Source: a virus. Taken from it: a stretch of DNA of 64,000 bases. The notes under the pieces were generated by a model, which worked only from the letters and a program-made list of their open reading frames with translations, did not search any database and was not told the DNA's origin. A program made the translations under genes and the position numbers. The stretch lies in IMG/VR virus record IMGVR_UViG_3300021141_000706. One strand, given 5' to 3'. Of the stretch, positions 30,074 to 40,421 are shown piece by piece (within the stretch, counting starts at the first letter, position 1; each line of letters begins with the position of its first letter).

Positions 30074-30493
30074 TTAATTATTATGTTTTGTGAAGTAAAC
30101 AAGTATGTCTATTTCACCTGCTGTATTTTTTAAGTCTTTAAGTTCTTCTACATCATAGAGTTCATAATCATGTCTATTACCAGATTCAAATTGACACATT
30201 TCTATTTTAGATAGATTAATATCATATTCACTCAAAAAATCTTCTAATCTAAAGATAGAATCTTCAGCTAATTGTTTTTTTTCACTTGATTCAATAAAAT
30301 CTATTTGTATTTGAAACTCAGATACCACATCATCAATATATTTATTTATATGTACATTAACATCTAAATCAATTAATTCCAAAAAGATATCCTTAACATC
30401 AGATTCTAACTTACTAAATAATCTTTCTGATTCAATTTCAAACTTATTAGGTGGATAAGATTCAAATATTTTATATGTTTTTAAGTGTTTCAT
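30074..30493 (-). CDS. Putative head-internal protein
   Basis: MKHLKTYKIFES. Confidence 0.6.
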   Translation of the reverse strand: MKHLKTYKIFESYPPNKFEIESERLFSKLESDVKDIFLELIDLDVNVHINKYIDDVVSEFQIQIDFIESSEKKQLAEDSIFRLEDFLSEYDINLSKIEMCQFESGNRHDYELYDVEELKDLKNTAGEIDILVYFTKHNN

Positions 30494-31083
30494 TATATCT
30501 CATTAAATCTTTTTATCTTGAATATTGAACTGATATTATTAAGTTTCATTTTAATCTGATTAGCAAGTAAACCTTGAATACGGTTGAATCTTCTATTCTT
30601 TTCTAATTCGTCCATAATTTGAACAGTTTCTTGAAAGTATTTATTTCTAAATCTTTCAGAGGCTGTAAAAGCATCAGATATATTTTGTAATCTATCACAA
30701 AGTTTAATGAATAAGGCTTCATTAGACATATGAATCATTTTAACAATAAGATAATCGGCTTTGCTATCATAATCATCTTCAATCTCTTCTTTAGAGGAAG
30801 TTAGTTCTTGTACGATATCAGCAATCTTTTTACCAAACTTTCCTTCAATAATATGATAACCTACATCTGGATCATCAAAGCAGTCCTCTATCGTATCGTG
30901 AAGTAAAGCAGCACAAAGAATATCTTCATCTGTTGTGTATTGCTTAGCAATTCCATTAACCTTTTGAACATGAGCCGTAAAGTAAGGCTTATTGATAAAC
31001 TTTCTAACTTGACCCTTGTGTAATTCCTTTGCGAAATCCCAAGCTTCTTTTTCTTTTGGAGTTAATGGTCTATTTCTTATCAT
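30493..31083 (-). CDS. HD-domain (p)ppGpp-hydrolase-like protein (SpoT/Mesh1 family)
   Basis: HKGQVRK..PYFTAH, AALLHDTIED, IKLCDRLQN. Confidence 0.85.
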   Translation of the reverse strand: MIRNRPLTPKEKEAWDFAKELHKGQVRKFINKPYFTAHVQKVNGIAKQYTTDEDILCAALLHDTIEDCFDDPDVGYHIIEGKFGKKIADIVQELTSSKEEIEDDYDSKADYLIVKMIHMSNEALFIKLCDRLQNISDAFTASERFRNKYFQETVQIMDELEKNRRFNRIQGLLANQIKMKLNNISSIFKIKRFNEI

Positions 31084-31088
31084 ATTTG

Positions 31089-31097
31089 TATATATTA
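31089..31097 (-). promoter_or_regulatory. Candidate late promoter TAATATATA
   Basis: 5 nt before ATG 31083. Confidence 0.6.
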
Positions 31098-31136
31098 AAT
31101 TATTTCCTTAAATTTGTGTTACTAAAAACTAAAACT

Positions 31137-31556
31137 ATGATCGACGAGGCTAAAATTAAGAAAATACAAGATAGAATAAAAGCGGCAATTCTAAAAATTG
31201 AAGCAGAAGAAAATGTAAAGATTGATTTTGGAACTATTAGTTATAATAAAGCTTTTTACACTTCTAAAATGAGTGTTAAGACTTTAGAAAAGACTGAAGC
31301 CATTGGTGATGTTTATAAAGCAATCTGTCGAAGACTTGGTTTTACCCAAAACATTATAGGTATGAGATTTCATGGCACTAACGGTATCTATGAAATCGTA
31401 GATATCAAAACAAAAAACAGAACTTATCCAATTATTGCTAAGTCATTAACTGGTGCTAAAATGTACAAGTATTCAGTTAACCAAATAAAATCTTTGATTG
31501 GTGGTGATAAGATTATTAATCGAAATGCCAACTTAGATAAACTTATTGGTGAATAA
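31137..31556 (+). CDS. Hypothetical early protein with C-terminal tag
   Basis: Start revised to 31137; TAAATTTG at 31109; ends NRNANLDKLIGE. Confidence 0.6.
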   Translation: MIDEAKIKKIQDRIKAAILKIEAEENVKIDFGTISYNKAFYTSKMSVKTLEKTEAIGDVYKAICRRLGFTQNIIGMRFHGTNGIYEIVDIKTKNRTYPIIAKSLTGAKMYKYSVNQIKSLIGGDKIINRNANLDKLIGE

Positions 31557-31569
31557 TAATAAAAGTTAT

Positions 31570-31998
31570 ATGAAGAAAGTTGGATTTACTTGCTCTTGTT
31601 TTGATTTATTTCACGCTGGACATATAATGATGTTGAAAGAAGCAAAGGCAGTTTGTGACTATTTAATAGTAGGTCTACAAACTGACCCAACAATTGATAG
31701 AAAAGAAAAAAATAAACCAATACAAAGTGTATTTGAAAGGTTTGTTCAATTACAAGCATGTAAATATGTAGATGAAGTAGTTGTTTACGAAAGTGAGAAA
31801 GACCTTTTAGACATACTTAAATCATATCCAATTAATGTAAGAGTATTGGGTAGAGAATACGAATCTAAAGACTTTACTGGAAAAGATTTAGATTATATAG
31901 ACATTTATTATAATGATAGAAAACACTCTTTCTCAACAACTGAGTTACGAGGCCGAGTCATAAATAGATACTTAGAAGATACAAACCAGATTAAATAA
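31570..31998 (+). CDS. Glycerol-3-phosphate cytidylyltransferase-like protein
   Basis: FDLFHAGH, GLQTDP, FSTTELR. Confidence 0.88.
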   Translation: MKKVGFTCSCFDLFHAGHIMMLKEAKAVCDYLIVGLQTDPTIDRKEKNKPIQSVFERFVQLQACKYVDEVVVYESEKDLLDILKSYPINVRVLGREYESKDFTGKDLDYIDIYYNDRKHSFSTTELRGRVINRYLEDTNQIK

Positions 31999-32008
31999 TC
32001 TGGTTTTT

Positions 32009-32017
32009 TAATATATA
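32009..32017 (+). promoter_or_regulatory. Candidate late promoter TAATATATA
   Basis: 5 nt before RNA ligase ATG. Confidence 0.6.
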
Positions 32018-32022
32018 AATCA

Positions 32023-33360
32023 ATGAAATTATTTAGATATACAGAATTTATAAAGGAAAGCCTTTCTCAAAATACTATTCCAACATATGAACAAGCATTA
32101 GAACTTTGTTCTGTTGAGGAAGCGCCATTTTATGAATCTAAGATGGTTGTGGATGGATTTAATGTATCTGTATTCAACTATCGTCTTGCTCAATACAAAG
32201 ACTTTGCTTATCCAATTCCAGATAAGCCAGATTTAAAAGGTTATGAAATGAGAGGTTTAACTTTTGTTTTCAATGAAGATGGTTCATTATATAATAGATA
32301 TGTACTACTTGAAAAGTTCTTTAACTTGAATCAAGTACCGGAATCTTTATACTCAGTTGTTAAGAACTATAAAATCAAATTTGTGAATAATAAAGAAGAT
32401 GGTTCTATTGCTTCTTTTGTTAAGTTACCAAACGGTAAGATTGTTGGTAAATCTAAAATGGGATTTGATAACGACCAAGCTGATGGTATTAACAGAGTTT
32501 ATAAAACTAACAAAGAAGTTAAATCTTTAGTTGATTGGGCTTTGAATAATAATATCGTGCCAATTTTTGAATATGTGGCACCAAACAATCGTATTGTTTT
32601 AAGATATCCAAGCGAAGAATTAATCTTATTAAGATTAAGAGATAATGTTACTGGTAAACACATTGATATTAGAGACCACTTAGATAAAGTAGGTTCTATT
32701 AGAGTTGCGCCATTTGAAGATGATGTAAGAGACTTAGATCACTTAGTTGAGCTAACTGCTACTCAAGTAGATAAAGAAGGCTCTATTGTTACTTGTGAAG
32801 ATGAACACGGTAGAGATTTCTTCTTTAAGTTGAAGACTCCTTGGTATTGTGAACGTCACGGTTTACTTACTCAAGACTTATATAGAGAACATATTATTAT
32901 TGGTTATATCTTAGATGATAAGATAGATGATATCTTAGGTCAGATACCAGAAGATGAAAAAGAAGCACATATTAGAATTAATAAAATAATTACTATTGTC
33001 AAAAAATCAATTTCTGATAAAGTGTCAGAAATTGAAAGAGTTTACGAACAATTTGTCAAATCTGGAATTTCTAAAAAAGATTATGCCATAAATCAAAGAA
33101 AAGGTAATCCTAACTTTGGTTTTGTAATGAATATGGTTAAAGCCGATGATTTGAAAAAGATGTCTAAAGAAGAAATTCTTGATATCTATGATAATATGGA
33201 AGACTATGAAAAAGCATTACAAAGATGTGAGCCATATGAAATGGCTAAAGGTTGGTTAAGAGATTTAACTAAGAGATTGAATTTATCAAGAGAATGGTTA
33301 CAAACAAAAGATAAAACTTTATTTTTTCAAGATCCAGAAGAAAGTGAAGATGATAATTAA
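32023..33360 (+). CDS. RNA ligase 1 (T4 Rnl1/gp63-like) with capsid-targeting-like leader
   Basis: EMRGLTF, KFFNLNQ, KEDGS, FEYVAPNNRIV, EG, KLKTPWY; MKLFRYTEFIKES. Confidence 0.9.
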   Translation: MKLFRYTEFIKESLSQNTIPTYEQALELCSVEEAPFYESKMVVDGFNVSVFNYRLAQYKDFAYPIPDKPDLKGYEMRGLTFVFNEDGSLYNRYVLLEKFFNLNQVPESLYSVVKNYKIKFVNNKEDGSIASFVKLPNGKIVGKSKMGFDNDQADGINRVYKTNKEVKSLVDWALNNNIVPIFEYVAPNNRIVLRYPSEELILLRLRDNVTGKHIDIRDHLDKVGSIRVAPFEDDVRDLDHLVELTATQVDKEGSIVTCEDEHGRDFFFKLKTPWYCERHGLLTQDLYREHIIIGYILDDKIDDILGQIPEDEKEAHIRINKIITIVKKSISDKVSEIERVYEQFVKSGISKKDYAINQRKGNPNFGFVMNMVKADDLKKMSKEEILDIYDNMEDYEKALQRCEPYEMAKGWLRDLTKRLNLSREWLQTKDKTLFFQDPEESEDDN

Positions 33361-33629
33361 CTTACAACACCTCCAATATTCATCAATATTGGTGCTGAAT
33401 TTCTCATGTCGCCTTTAGATATAAATGTTTTGATATTATCAATATTTATTGATGAATTCATTTCATCTGGATATTCAGTAAAGTAATCTACTAAAAATTT
33501 TATATTTTCCTCTTCACTCATATCATCATTCCAAATGTTTTTTAAATTAGTCTTATTGATTTCAATAAAATCTAAAACCTTCTTGTTTAATACTGGATTC
33601 CATTCAGACCATTCTTTTATAAATTTCAT
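33357..33629 (-). CDS. Small late protein
   Basis: MKFIKEWSEW; late motif at 33634. Confidence 0.55.
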   Translation of the reverse strand: MKFIKEWSEWNPVLNKKVLDFIEINKTNLKNIWNDDMSEEENIKFLVDYFTEYPDEMNSSINIDNIKTFISKGDMRNSAPILMNIGGVVS

Positions 33630-33642
33630 TAATTATATATTA

Positions 33643-33668
33643 AACTTTTACTACATCAAAAAATATAA
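33643..33668 (+). promoter_or_regulatory. Candidate middle promoter AACTT-N16-TATAA
   Basis: Upstream of dnaK. Confidence 0.45.
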
Positions 33669-33689
33669 ACTTAGTGCTGAATGAAAAAA

Positions 33690-33730
33690 TGACAAATTGT
33701 CAGTAAATAAACTTTGGCACTTAGATTGAT
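33690..33730 (+). promoter_or_regulatory. TGACA-N3-TGTCA palindrome plus sigma54-like TGGCAC-N5-TTGA element
   Basis: 33690-33702 and 33715-33729, upstream of dnaK. Confidence 0.5.
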
Positions 33731-33761
33731 ATAATACTAATAAAAAAAAGAATAAATAAAT

Positions 33762-35648
33762 ATGGCAAAAGACGTAATTATTGGAATTGACTTAGGAACT
33801 ACAAACTCATGTGTTGCTGTAGTTGAAGGTGGTGAACCAATTGTAATCACCAACTCTGAAGGAAAAAGAACAACTCCTTCAGTTGTCGGATTTACCGACA
33901 ACGATAGAAAAATTGGAGACCCTGCTAAACGTCAGGCAGTTACCAATCCAAAAAACACTGTTTACTCTATCAAGAGATTCATCGGTAAAGACTTTTCAGC
34001 TTGTACTGACGAGGTAACGAAAGTTCCTTATCAAGTAGTTAAAGCTGGTAAGAATGTACCTGGTGTTCAAATCGGAGATAGAACTTACACACCTCAAGAA
34101 ATCTCAGCTATGATTCTTCAGAAAATGAAGAAAACTGCTGAAGATTATTTAGGGTATGAAGTAAAAAGAGCTGTTATTACAGTTCCTGCTTACTTCGGAG
34201 ACGCTGAAAGAACTGCGACTATTGAAGCTGGTGAAATCGCTGGTTTGAAAGTTGAGCGTATCATCAACGAACCAACTGCTGCTGCCTTGGCTTATGGCTT
34301 AGACAAAAAGAATACAGATTCTAAAATCTTAGTATTCGACTGTGGTGGTGGTACTCATGATGTATCAGTTCTAGAAATTGGTGATGGTGTATTTGAAGTT
34401 AAATCTACTGATGGTGATACTCACTTAGGTGGCGACGACTTCGATAATGCTATTATCGACTGGATGGTTGAAGAATTCAAATCTGAACATTCAATGGATC
34501 TTTCTAAAGATCCAATGGCTCTTCAACGTTTGAAAGATGCGGCTGAAAAGGCTAAGATTGAATTGTCTTCTACTTCTCAATCTGAAATCAACCTTCCTTA
34601 TATCACTGCTCAAGATGGTATGCCTTTACACTTTGTAAAACAATTAACTAAAGCTAAATTCGATCAAATGACTTCAAGTCTTGTTGATAGAGCTATTGCT
34701 TGTGCTAAATCTGCTTTGAAAAGTGCTGGGTTAAAACCGTCTGACATTGATGAAGTTATTCTTGTTGGTGGTTCTACAAGAATTCCTTCTATTCAAGAAG
34801 CTTTAGAAAAGTTTGTTGGTAAGAAACCAAATAAATCAGTTAACCCTGATGAAGTTGTCGCCTTAGGTGCTGCTATTCAAGGTGCTGTATTGACTGGTGG
34901 AATCACAGACGTTCTTCTTCTTGATGTTACTCCACTATCTTTAGGTATTGAAACTATGGGTAGTGTAATGACTAAGTTGATTGAAGCAAATACAACAATT
35001 CCTACCCGTAAGTCTGAAACGTTCTCAACTGCTGCTGACAATCAACCATCTGTAGAAATTCACGTTCTACAAGGTGAAAGACCAATGGCTAAGGATAACC
35101 GTTCGTTAGGTAGATTCCATCTTGATGGTATCATGCCAGCTCCGAGAGGTATTCCTCAAGTAGAGGTAACATTAGACATTGATGCTAATGGTATTCTATC
35201 TGTATCTGCTAAAGATAAAGCTAGTGGAAAAGAAAACAAAATCCGAATTGAAGGTGGTTCTCAACTATCTAAAGAGGAAATTGAAAGAATGAAAGCTGAA
35301 GCTGAATTAAATGCTGAGTCTGACCGTCTTGAAAGAGAATTGGTTGACAAAGTAAATATGGCTGATAATCTTATCTTCCAAACAGAAAAACAAATCAAAG
35401 AATTTGCTGATAAGTTAACTGAAGAAGATAAGTCTGCTTTGAATCAAGACTTAGAGTCATTGAAAACAGCTCATTCAACTAAAGATGCTCAAGCAATTGA
35501 CATAACATCTGAAAAATTGAATAGTACTTGGTCAACAATCTCAACAAGATTATACCAAGAATCTCAATCAGAACCACAGGTTAATACAGATACTGACACT
35601 GGTAATGGCGGTGATGTTGAAGACACTTCTTACGAAGAAGTTAAATAA
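33762..35648 (+). CDS. dnaK: Chaperone DnaK (Hsp70)
   Basis: [43 protein letters not shown]. Confidence 0.98.
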   Translation: MAKDVIIGIDLGTTNSCVAVVEGGEPIVITNSEGKRTTPSVVGFTDNDRKIGDPAKRQAVTNPKNTVYSIKRFIGKDFSACTDEVTKVPYQVVKAGKNVPGVQIGDRTYTPQEISAMILQKMKKTAEDYLGYEVKRAVITVPAYFGDAERTATIEAGEIAGLKVERIINEPTAAALAYGLDKKNTDSKILVFDCGGGTHDVSVLEIGDGVFEVKSTDGDTHLGGDDFDNAIIDWMVEEFKSEHSMDLSKDPMALQRLKDAAEKAKIELSSTSQSEINLPYITAQDGMPLHFVKQLTKAKFDQMTSSLVDRAIACAKSALKSAGLKPSDIDEVILVGGSTRIPSIQEALEKFVGKKPNKSVNPDEVVALGAAIQGAVLTGGITDVLLLDVTPLSLGIETMGSVMTKLIEANTTIPTRKSETFSTAADNQPSVEIHVLQGERPMAKDNRSLGRFHLDGIMPAPRGIPQVEVTLDIDANGILSVSAKDKASGKENKIRIEGGSQLSKEEIERMKAEAELNAESDRLERELVDKVNMADNLIFQTEKQIKEFADKLTEEDKSALNQDLESLKTAHSTKDAQAIDITSEKLNSTWSTISTRLYQESQSEPQVNTDTDTGNGGDVEDTSYEEVK

Positions 35649-35667
35649 CAGAGTCTCGTAGGAAAAC

Positions 35668-35698
35668 AAAAAACCCAGTCATTTGACTGGGTTTTTTT
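35668..35698. terminator. Bidirectional intrinsic terminator
   Basis: AAAAAACCCAGTCA-TT-TGACTGGGTTTTTT. Confidence 0.85.
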
Positions 35699-35703
35699 AT
35701 TTA

Positions 35704-36960
35704 TTAATTTGCCATATCATATGAATCTTCATAAGATCCACCAGTATCTCTTAATAATCTATCAGAATCATCCCAATAAACATTACAAGCTGTTCCTGTA
35801 TCACTATTTATATAACATATAGTATCACAATAAGGATATTCACCAAAATCAGCGTCATCTAACTTAACTTCAATTGTACCTTTTCTAACTGAATTACCAT
35901 CAGTAAAATTTTCATCTGGTTCCATAGATTGTCTTTTCTTATACCACCAACCATTCTTTTCAGCAAATTGTTTGAATAATTCAACATCAGCATCAAGCGT
36001 TGTATAAATTCTATCCATAAATTTAATAGGTTGTCCATCTAATTTACAATCCCAAAGAATTGCTCTGCCCTTGATTCTATCATCAGTGTATTTTTCAGAT
36101 TCAATACTGCCACTATCACCATAAAGTATAACAAGTGATACTTGAGGGTTTTGTGTATAGATATCAAAATAATCAGAACTAACTTCAGCCATACAAGAAT
36201 TATTTAATGAACCACCACCATCAACATATCTATCTTCATCATTATTATCATACCAGTAAGCAATTTTATCACCTTTAACGATATCAAATTGTTTAAGAGC
36301 ATCTTTAGCAAAATCATAAGTTGCTTTATAAACATTAGTAAATTGTTCAATTTCTTGATCAGCAAAAGGTATTTTAGCCGCAGTAAGAATAGCTCTTACA
36401 ACTCTACCTATTTTAATATTATTTCTTGATGTTGACCAAATTCTTTGATCCTCAGCTTCTTTAGGCTCCATAGCTTCTTTGTTAATAACTCCAATTTTAT
36501 CACCTTCATATTCTTTAAACATAACATAGATTTTACCAGAAGTTCTACTAACAGTTTCTGCTAATATTAAACCTATCTCCCCGGCATTTGGTGCCCAACA
36601 ATTGTATTTTGCTTTATCATAACCAAGAGCTTCAAATATTTTATTATTTCTATCACTTGTAGTTAGGTATTTACCAGATTCTGTAATTACCCAAGTTTCT
36701 GGTTTATCTTTAGTTAATTCTTGAACTTTTCTATCAGGAGTAAAACTAACAGCATCTTTTAAGTCTGTTACATCAATATAATTTTGAGTAACACCATCAA
36801 CATCTTTAGAATAAAGACTTAATAATTGGGTAGCTAATTTATTAGCTTTCATCTTATTTAATAAGTTAATAAACTTTTTTGAGTAAACTACTTTAGACTC
36901 TAGTAAAAGTTCATAAACCACTTTCTCTGAAATATAATCTCCGTATTTAAGAATTGCCAT
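35704..36960 (-). CDS. Putative head-internal protein of unknown function
   Basis: MAILKYGDYISE..LLLES; NSCM, GRAILW, MDRIY, YPYCDT; late motif at 36984. Confidence 0.6.
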   Translation of the reverse strand: MAILKYGDYISEKVVYELLLESKVVYSKKFINLLNKMKANKLATQLLSLYSKDVDGVTQNYIDVTDLKDAVSFTPDRKVQELTKDKPETWVITESGKYLTTSDRNNKIFEALGYDKAKYNCWAPNAGEIGLILAETVSRTSGKIYVMFKEYEGDKIGVINKEAMEPKEAEDQRIWSTSRNNIKIGRVVRAILTAAKIPFADQEIEQFTNVYKATYDFAKDALKQFDIVKGDKIAYWYDNNDEDRYVDGGGSLNNSCMAEVSSDYFDIYTQNPQVSLVILYGDSGSIESEKYTDDRIKGRAILWDCKLDGQPIKFMDRIYTTLDADVELFKQFAEKNGWWYKKRQSMEPDENFTDGNSVRKGTIEVKLDDADFGEYPYCDTICYINSDTGTACNVYWDDSDRLLRDTGGSYEDSYDMAN

Positions 36961-37070
36961 TTGTAAAAATATTTTTATTAGGATATATATTAATTTCTAA
37001 AATTCCAATATTCATCTTTTATTTTATTTAAAATATTAAATATATACTTTATAAAAAAACAGCCAAAAAA

Positions 37071-37307
37071 ATGAAAGACAAAGTATCAAATTTGATTAAA
37101 ACTTTAGGTTTGGGCCTGAACGAGCTTGTATTTGACTTTGAAGTTGATGGAGTCAAATTTAATTCCATTGAATGGTTACCTGAAGAAGATAAGGTATTGC
37201 TTCACATATTTGAAGATGAAGAAATAGATTATCATTGTGATTTTGAGGGAATAGATATAGACAAACAAATAAAAGTCTATAAAATAATATCTGCCTTTAT
37301 AAATTAA
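37071..37307 (+). CDS. Hypothetical acidic protein
   Basis: 78-aa ORF. Confidence 0.5.
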   Translation: MKDKVSNLIKTLGLGLNELVFDFEVDGVKFNSIEWLPEEDKVLLHIFEDEEIDYHCDFEGIDIDKQIKVYKIISAFIN

Positions 37308-38284
37308 AGACTATTTAACATTTGTATCATCTCTTTTTGAGGAAATAAATCAAATTTATCTCTTCTAACTTGACCGTGGCTTCTAATTCCACCATTTTTC
37401 ATCCATGTTGTACTATAATCAAACCATTTTTCATTATAGATACCACCATCAATTTTTATAGCATATTTATTTACTAAATGTAGTATCAAGCTTCTACCAC
37501 TTTCTAATTGAGAATCTGTATATCTTTCATAGTATTCATATCCTTTAAATGGATTATCTAATTTAACAACATCTTTTTCATTAATTGGTTTATTTATCCA
37601 ATTATAAAATCTACCATCTTTACCAACAGTAAGTGGTCCGTAATTACAAAATTCAATAGCAACTGATCCTGAATTCAATTCTAAAGAATTATTTGAATTA
37701 ATGCCTAAGTGATATGCCCAGTATTTATCTTCAAATGCTCTCAAGATTTTACCATCCCATATATTTTCATCTGATGTTGATGATTTTCTACCAATAACAT
37801 AAGATGTACCCACTCTTAATGGTTGTATTAAACCATTTGGTCCTAAAACAGGATTGCCTGATTTATCTTTAATATAATCTTTTTCCCATCCATTTATACT
37901 CCAATCCGGTCTTGAACCACCGGCTGTATGATGTAAAAATATTGTGTCTTTTTTAGTTTCTTCTTTAATATATTCTTCATCTGATATTAGATGATCGTAT
38001 ATAATTAGACCTTTGTCATTATTATAAGATATTTCATGAGGAATTCCATTTCTAGTAAATGGCTCTTTACCAAAGTTCATCATTTTACTCCAAGTTAATG
38101 ATCCAACATTACCATCTGCTTTTGTATTAACGGCTCTTTGGAAATTAGTAACAGAAACTAAAGTATTTTGCCCAAAATGACTATCAATTCTTTCATTAAA
38201 GAATCCAAGTTCTTTTAGTTTAGTTTGTAAAAACTTAACATCTTCTCCAGACATTTTTAACGATAACACTCTTTGTAATTTCAT
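37304..38284 (-). CDS. Endolysin: peptidoglycan-binding domain plus N-acetylmuramoyl-L-alanine amidase
   Basis: GEDVKFLQ..FQ..ADG.VGSLTW; LHHTAG, WAYHLG, AIE, SHGQVRRDKFD; late motif at 38289. Confidence 0.88.
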   Translation of the reverse strand: MKLQRVLSLKMSGEDVKFLQTKLKELGFFNERIDSHFGQNTLVSVTNFQRAVNTKADGNVGSLTWSKMMNFGKEPFTRNGIPHEISYNNDKGLIIYDHLISDEEYIKEETKKDTIFLHHTAGGSRPDWSINGWEKDYIKDKSGNPVLGPNGLIQPLRVGTSYVIGRKSSTSDENIWDGKILRAFEDKYWAYHLGINSNNSLELNSGSVAIEFCNYGPLTVGKDGRFYNWINKPINEKDVVKLDNPFKGYEYYERYTDSQLESGRSLILHLVNKYAIKIDGGIYNEKWFDYSTTWMKNGGIRSHGQVRRDKFDLFPQKEMIQMLNSL

Positions 38285-38298
38285 ATCTTATATATTAA

Positions 38299-38805
38299 TT
38301 ATTGCTTATATCTTTGTGCGTTTTGAATTTCTAAATAAGCTTTTATATCTTCATATCTAACAGCACCTGGATTAAATGTTACCATTTCAGAATTACCTGT
38401 AGGTTTTGGTTCAACTTTCTTTTCAGTATTTGCTTTAATTCTTTCTTCGTGTTCTTCTTCAACCTTTTTAAGAATATGACCTAGATAAAAATCTATTCCC
38501 TTTTCTCTTATTAATTCAAAATCAACATCAATCAAAAATTCTTCATTTTCAGGACCGACATAGATAGCCATTACTGGATCTTTAATAAAAACGTCAGTAT
38601 AAAATTTTATATCACCAACATTACCTTGTGCGTAAATAGTTGTTCTATATTGTGTGTTATAATAATATGAAAATCTATCTTTATCATTAAATTCTCTATT
38701 ACCATTTCTATCAACAGTAGCAGCGAGACCAAGATTAATCTTAAAATATCTACACTTTTTAACTTCTTGTATTACAAATGTGTTTGTTACTACATTATAT
38801 GCCAT
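38299..38805 (-). CDS. Hypothetical late protein
   Basis: 168 aa; TAATAAATA variant upstream. Confidence 0.6.
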   Translation of the reverse strand: MAYNVVTNTFVIQEVKKCRYFKINLGLAATVDRNGNREFNDKDRFSYYYNTQYRTTIYAQGNVGDIKFYTDVFIKDPVMAIYVGPENEEFLIDVDFELIREKGIDFYLGHILKKVEEEHEERIKANTEKKVEPKPTGNSEMVTFNPGAVRYEDIKAYLEIQNAQRYKQ

Positions 38806-38841
38806 ACATTATTTATTAAAAATCTAGATCTTCCTTAAAAT

Positions 38842-38868
38842 AAAAAAACCCTATGTTATAGGGTTTTT
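38842..38868 (-). terminator. Intrinsic terminator
   Basis: AAAAACCCTAT...ATAGGGTTTTT. Confidence 0.75.
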
Positions 38869-38871
38869 AAT

Positions 38872-39456
38872 TTATTCTGTCTCAATTTCAAATTCTTCTT
38901 CATCACCAAACTTATCATCGATTTCGATTTTTAAGTCAATTAAAAATTCCTCATCAATATCTTTAATTTTAACATTTTTAGTTATTTGACCAATAACCTC
39001 AAATGTATCTAGATTATATTTTTTAAATTTAATGTAACACATTTCAATATTTTCATAAGAGAAGTCTTTAGTAGCATCTTTAGGCATAGCATCTTTAATA
39101 TCAATTGCTAAGTAAAGATTATATGTTGCCTCATCATCTGTAAACTTGATAGTTAAAGAGTCATACATTTTTGAATATTTAGAAACCTCTGAACTATCTA
39201 ATCTAACGCCTAAATCTTTTAAAGACATTTTAGATTTATCTCTACTTTCAGACTTAGCCTTTTGTATAGATTTACTACCGTCTTTTTCTTTTTCTAATTC
39301 ATCAGCTGGTCCATTAACATCCGATTCACCTTCTTGAAACTCAAACATCTTATCAAACTTTCTCTTTAATTGGTTAAGTGCTATTTCAACATATGATTCA
39401 GGAGTATCATTCATAATCTCCTCGTTGATAAATTCTGAGTATTTTCTAATTTTCAT
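38872..39456 (-). CDS. Putative head-internal acidic protein
   Basis: MKIRKYSEFINEE; late motif at 39461. Confidence 0.6.
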   Translation of the reverse strand: MKIRKYSEFINEEIMNDTPESYVEIALNQLKRKFDKMFEFQEGESDVNGPADELEKEKDGSKSIQKAKSESRDKSKMSLKDLGVRLDSSEVSKYSKMYDSLTIKFTDDEATYNLYLAIDIKDAMPKDATKDFSYENIEMCYIKFKKYNLDTFEVIGQITKNVKIKDIDEEFLIDLKIEIDDKFGDEEEFEIETE

Positions 39457-39481
39457 AATGTATATATTAAATATTATTCCT

Positions 39482-39489
39482 TATATTTG
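39482..39489 (+). promoter_or_regulatory. Bacteroidota -7 promoter element, near-leaderless
   Basis: TATATTTG 5 nt before ATG. Confidence 0.65.
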
Positions 39490-39494
39490 TATTT

Positions 39495-40421
39495 ATGATG
39501 AAGAATATCGGATATTGTTGTATTCCAATGGGATGTAACGAAGGTAAACCTAAAAAAGAACATATAACAGTTAATAGAGGTATGGTTCGTAGAACTTTTG
39601 ATGCTAAAGGCTTGCCTTATGCTTCCGAGTTAATTATTGAGAATCTAAAAGATACTCTCAAAGTTCTAGACTATAATCTTAAAAATCATATCTATATCTA
39701 TCGTTTGAGTTCAGACTCATTTCCATGGATGTCTGAATATGAATTCTCTGACTTACCAAATTTCAAATTGATTCAAATTCTTATGGCTCAAATTGGTGAG
39801 AAGATTAAATCAAATAAAATTCGTGTGAGCTATCACCCAGGTCCTTTCAACGTTTTGGCAAGTGAGAATCCATCAGTTGTTGAGAAAACAATTAAAGAGT
39901 TAAATAAACACGCTGAATTAATGGATTTAATGAACTTAGACAAGACTACGTTCTATCCGATAAACATTCATATCAATACAACTAAACCTACCAGAGAAGA
40001 AGCCGCAGTGCGTTTCTGTGAGCAGTTTGAGAACCTAAGTGAATCTTGTAAGTTAAGATTAGTTGTTGAGAATGATGATGGTCAAAATCAATACTCTGTA
40101 AAGATGTTACACGACTGGGTTCATACTAAGATTGGTATTCCAATTACTTTTGACCAACATCACTTTAACTATGGTCCACAAGACCAATCAATGGAAGAAG
40201 CATTGAGATTAGCTCACTCTACTTGGAAAACAAGAGCCTTAACTCATATGAGTTCACCAAAAACATTAGAAGATACATCAGGAAAACAAACAGCACATGC
40301 CGATTATATTTATGAAGAAATTAAAACATTTGGTCTTGACTTTGATACAGAAATCGAAGCGAAAGCAAAAGACCTCGCAGTTATTAGATATAGAAATCAG
40401 TTTAAAGTTCTCAAAGGGTGA
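39495..40421 (+). CDS. uvsE: UV damage endonuclease
   Basis: IGYCC, YRLSS, HPGPFNVL, ENDD, FDQHH, AHADY, EAKAKD. Confidence 0.93.
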   Translation: MMKNIGYCCIPMGCNEGKPKKEHITVNRGMVRRTFDAKGLPYASELIIENLKDTLKVLDYNLKNHIYIYRLSSDSFPWMSEYEFSDLPNFKLIQILMAQIGEKIKSNKIRVSYHPGPFNVLASENPSVVEKTIKELNKHAELMDLMNLDKTTFYPINIHINTTKPTREEAAVRFCEQFENLSESCKLRLVVENDDGQNQYSVKMLHDWVHTKIGIPITFDQHHFNYGPQDQSMEEALRLAHSTWKTRALTHMSSPKTLEDTSGKQTAHADYIYEEIKTFGLDFDTEIEAKAKDLAVIRYRNQFKVLKG

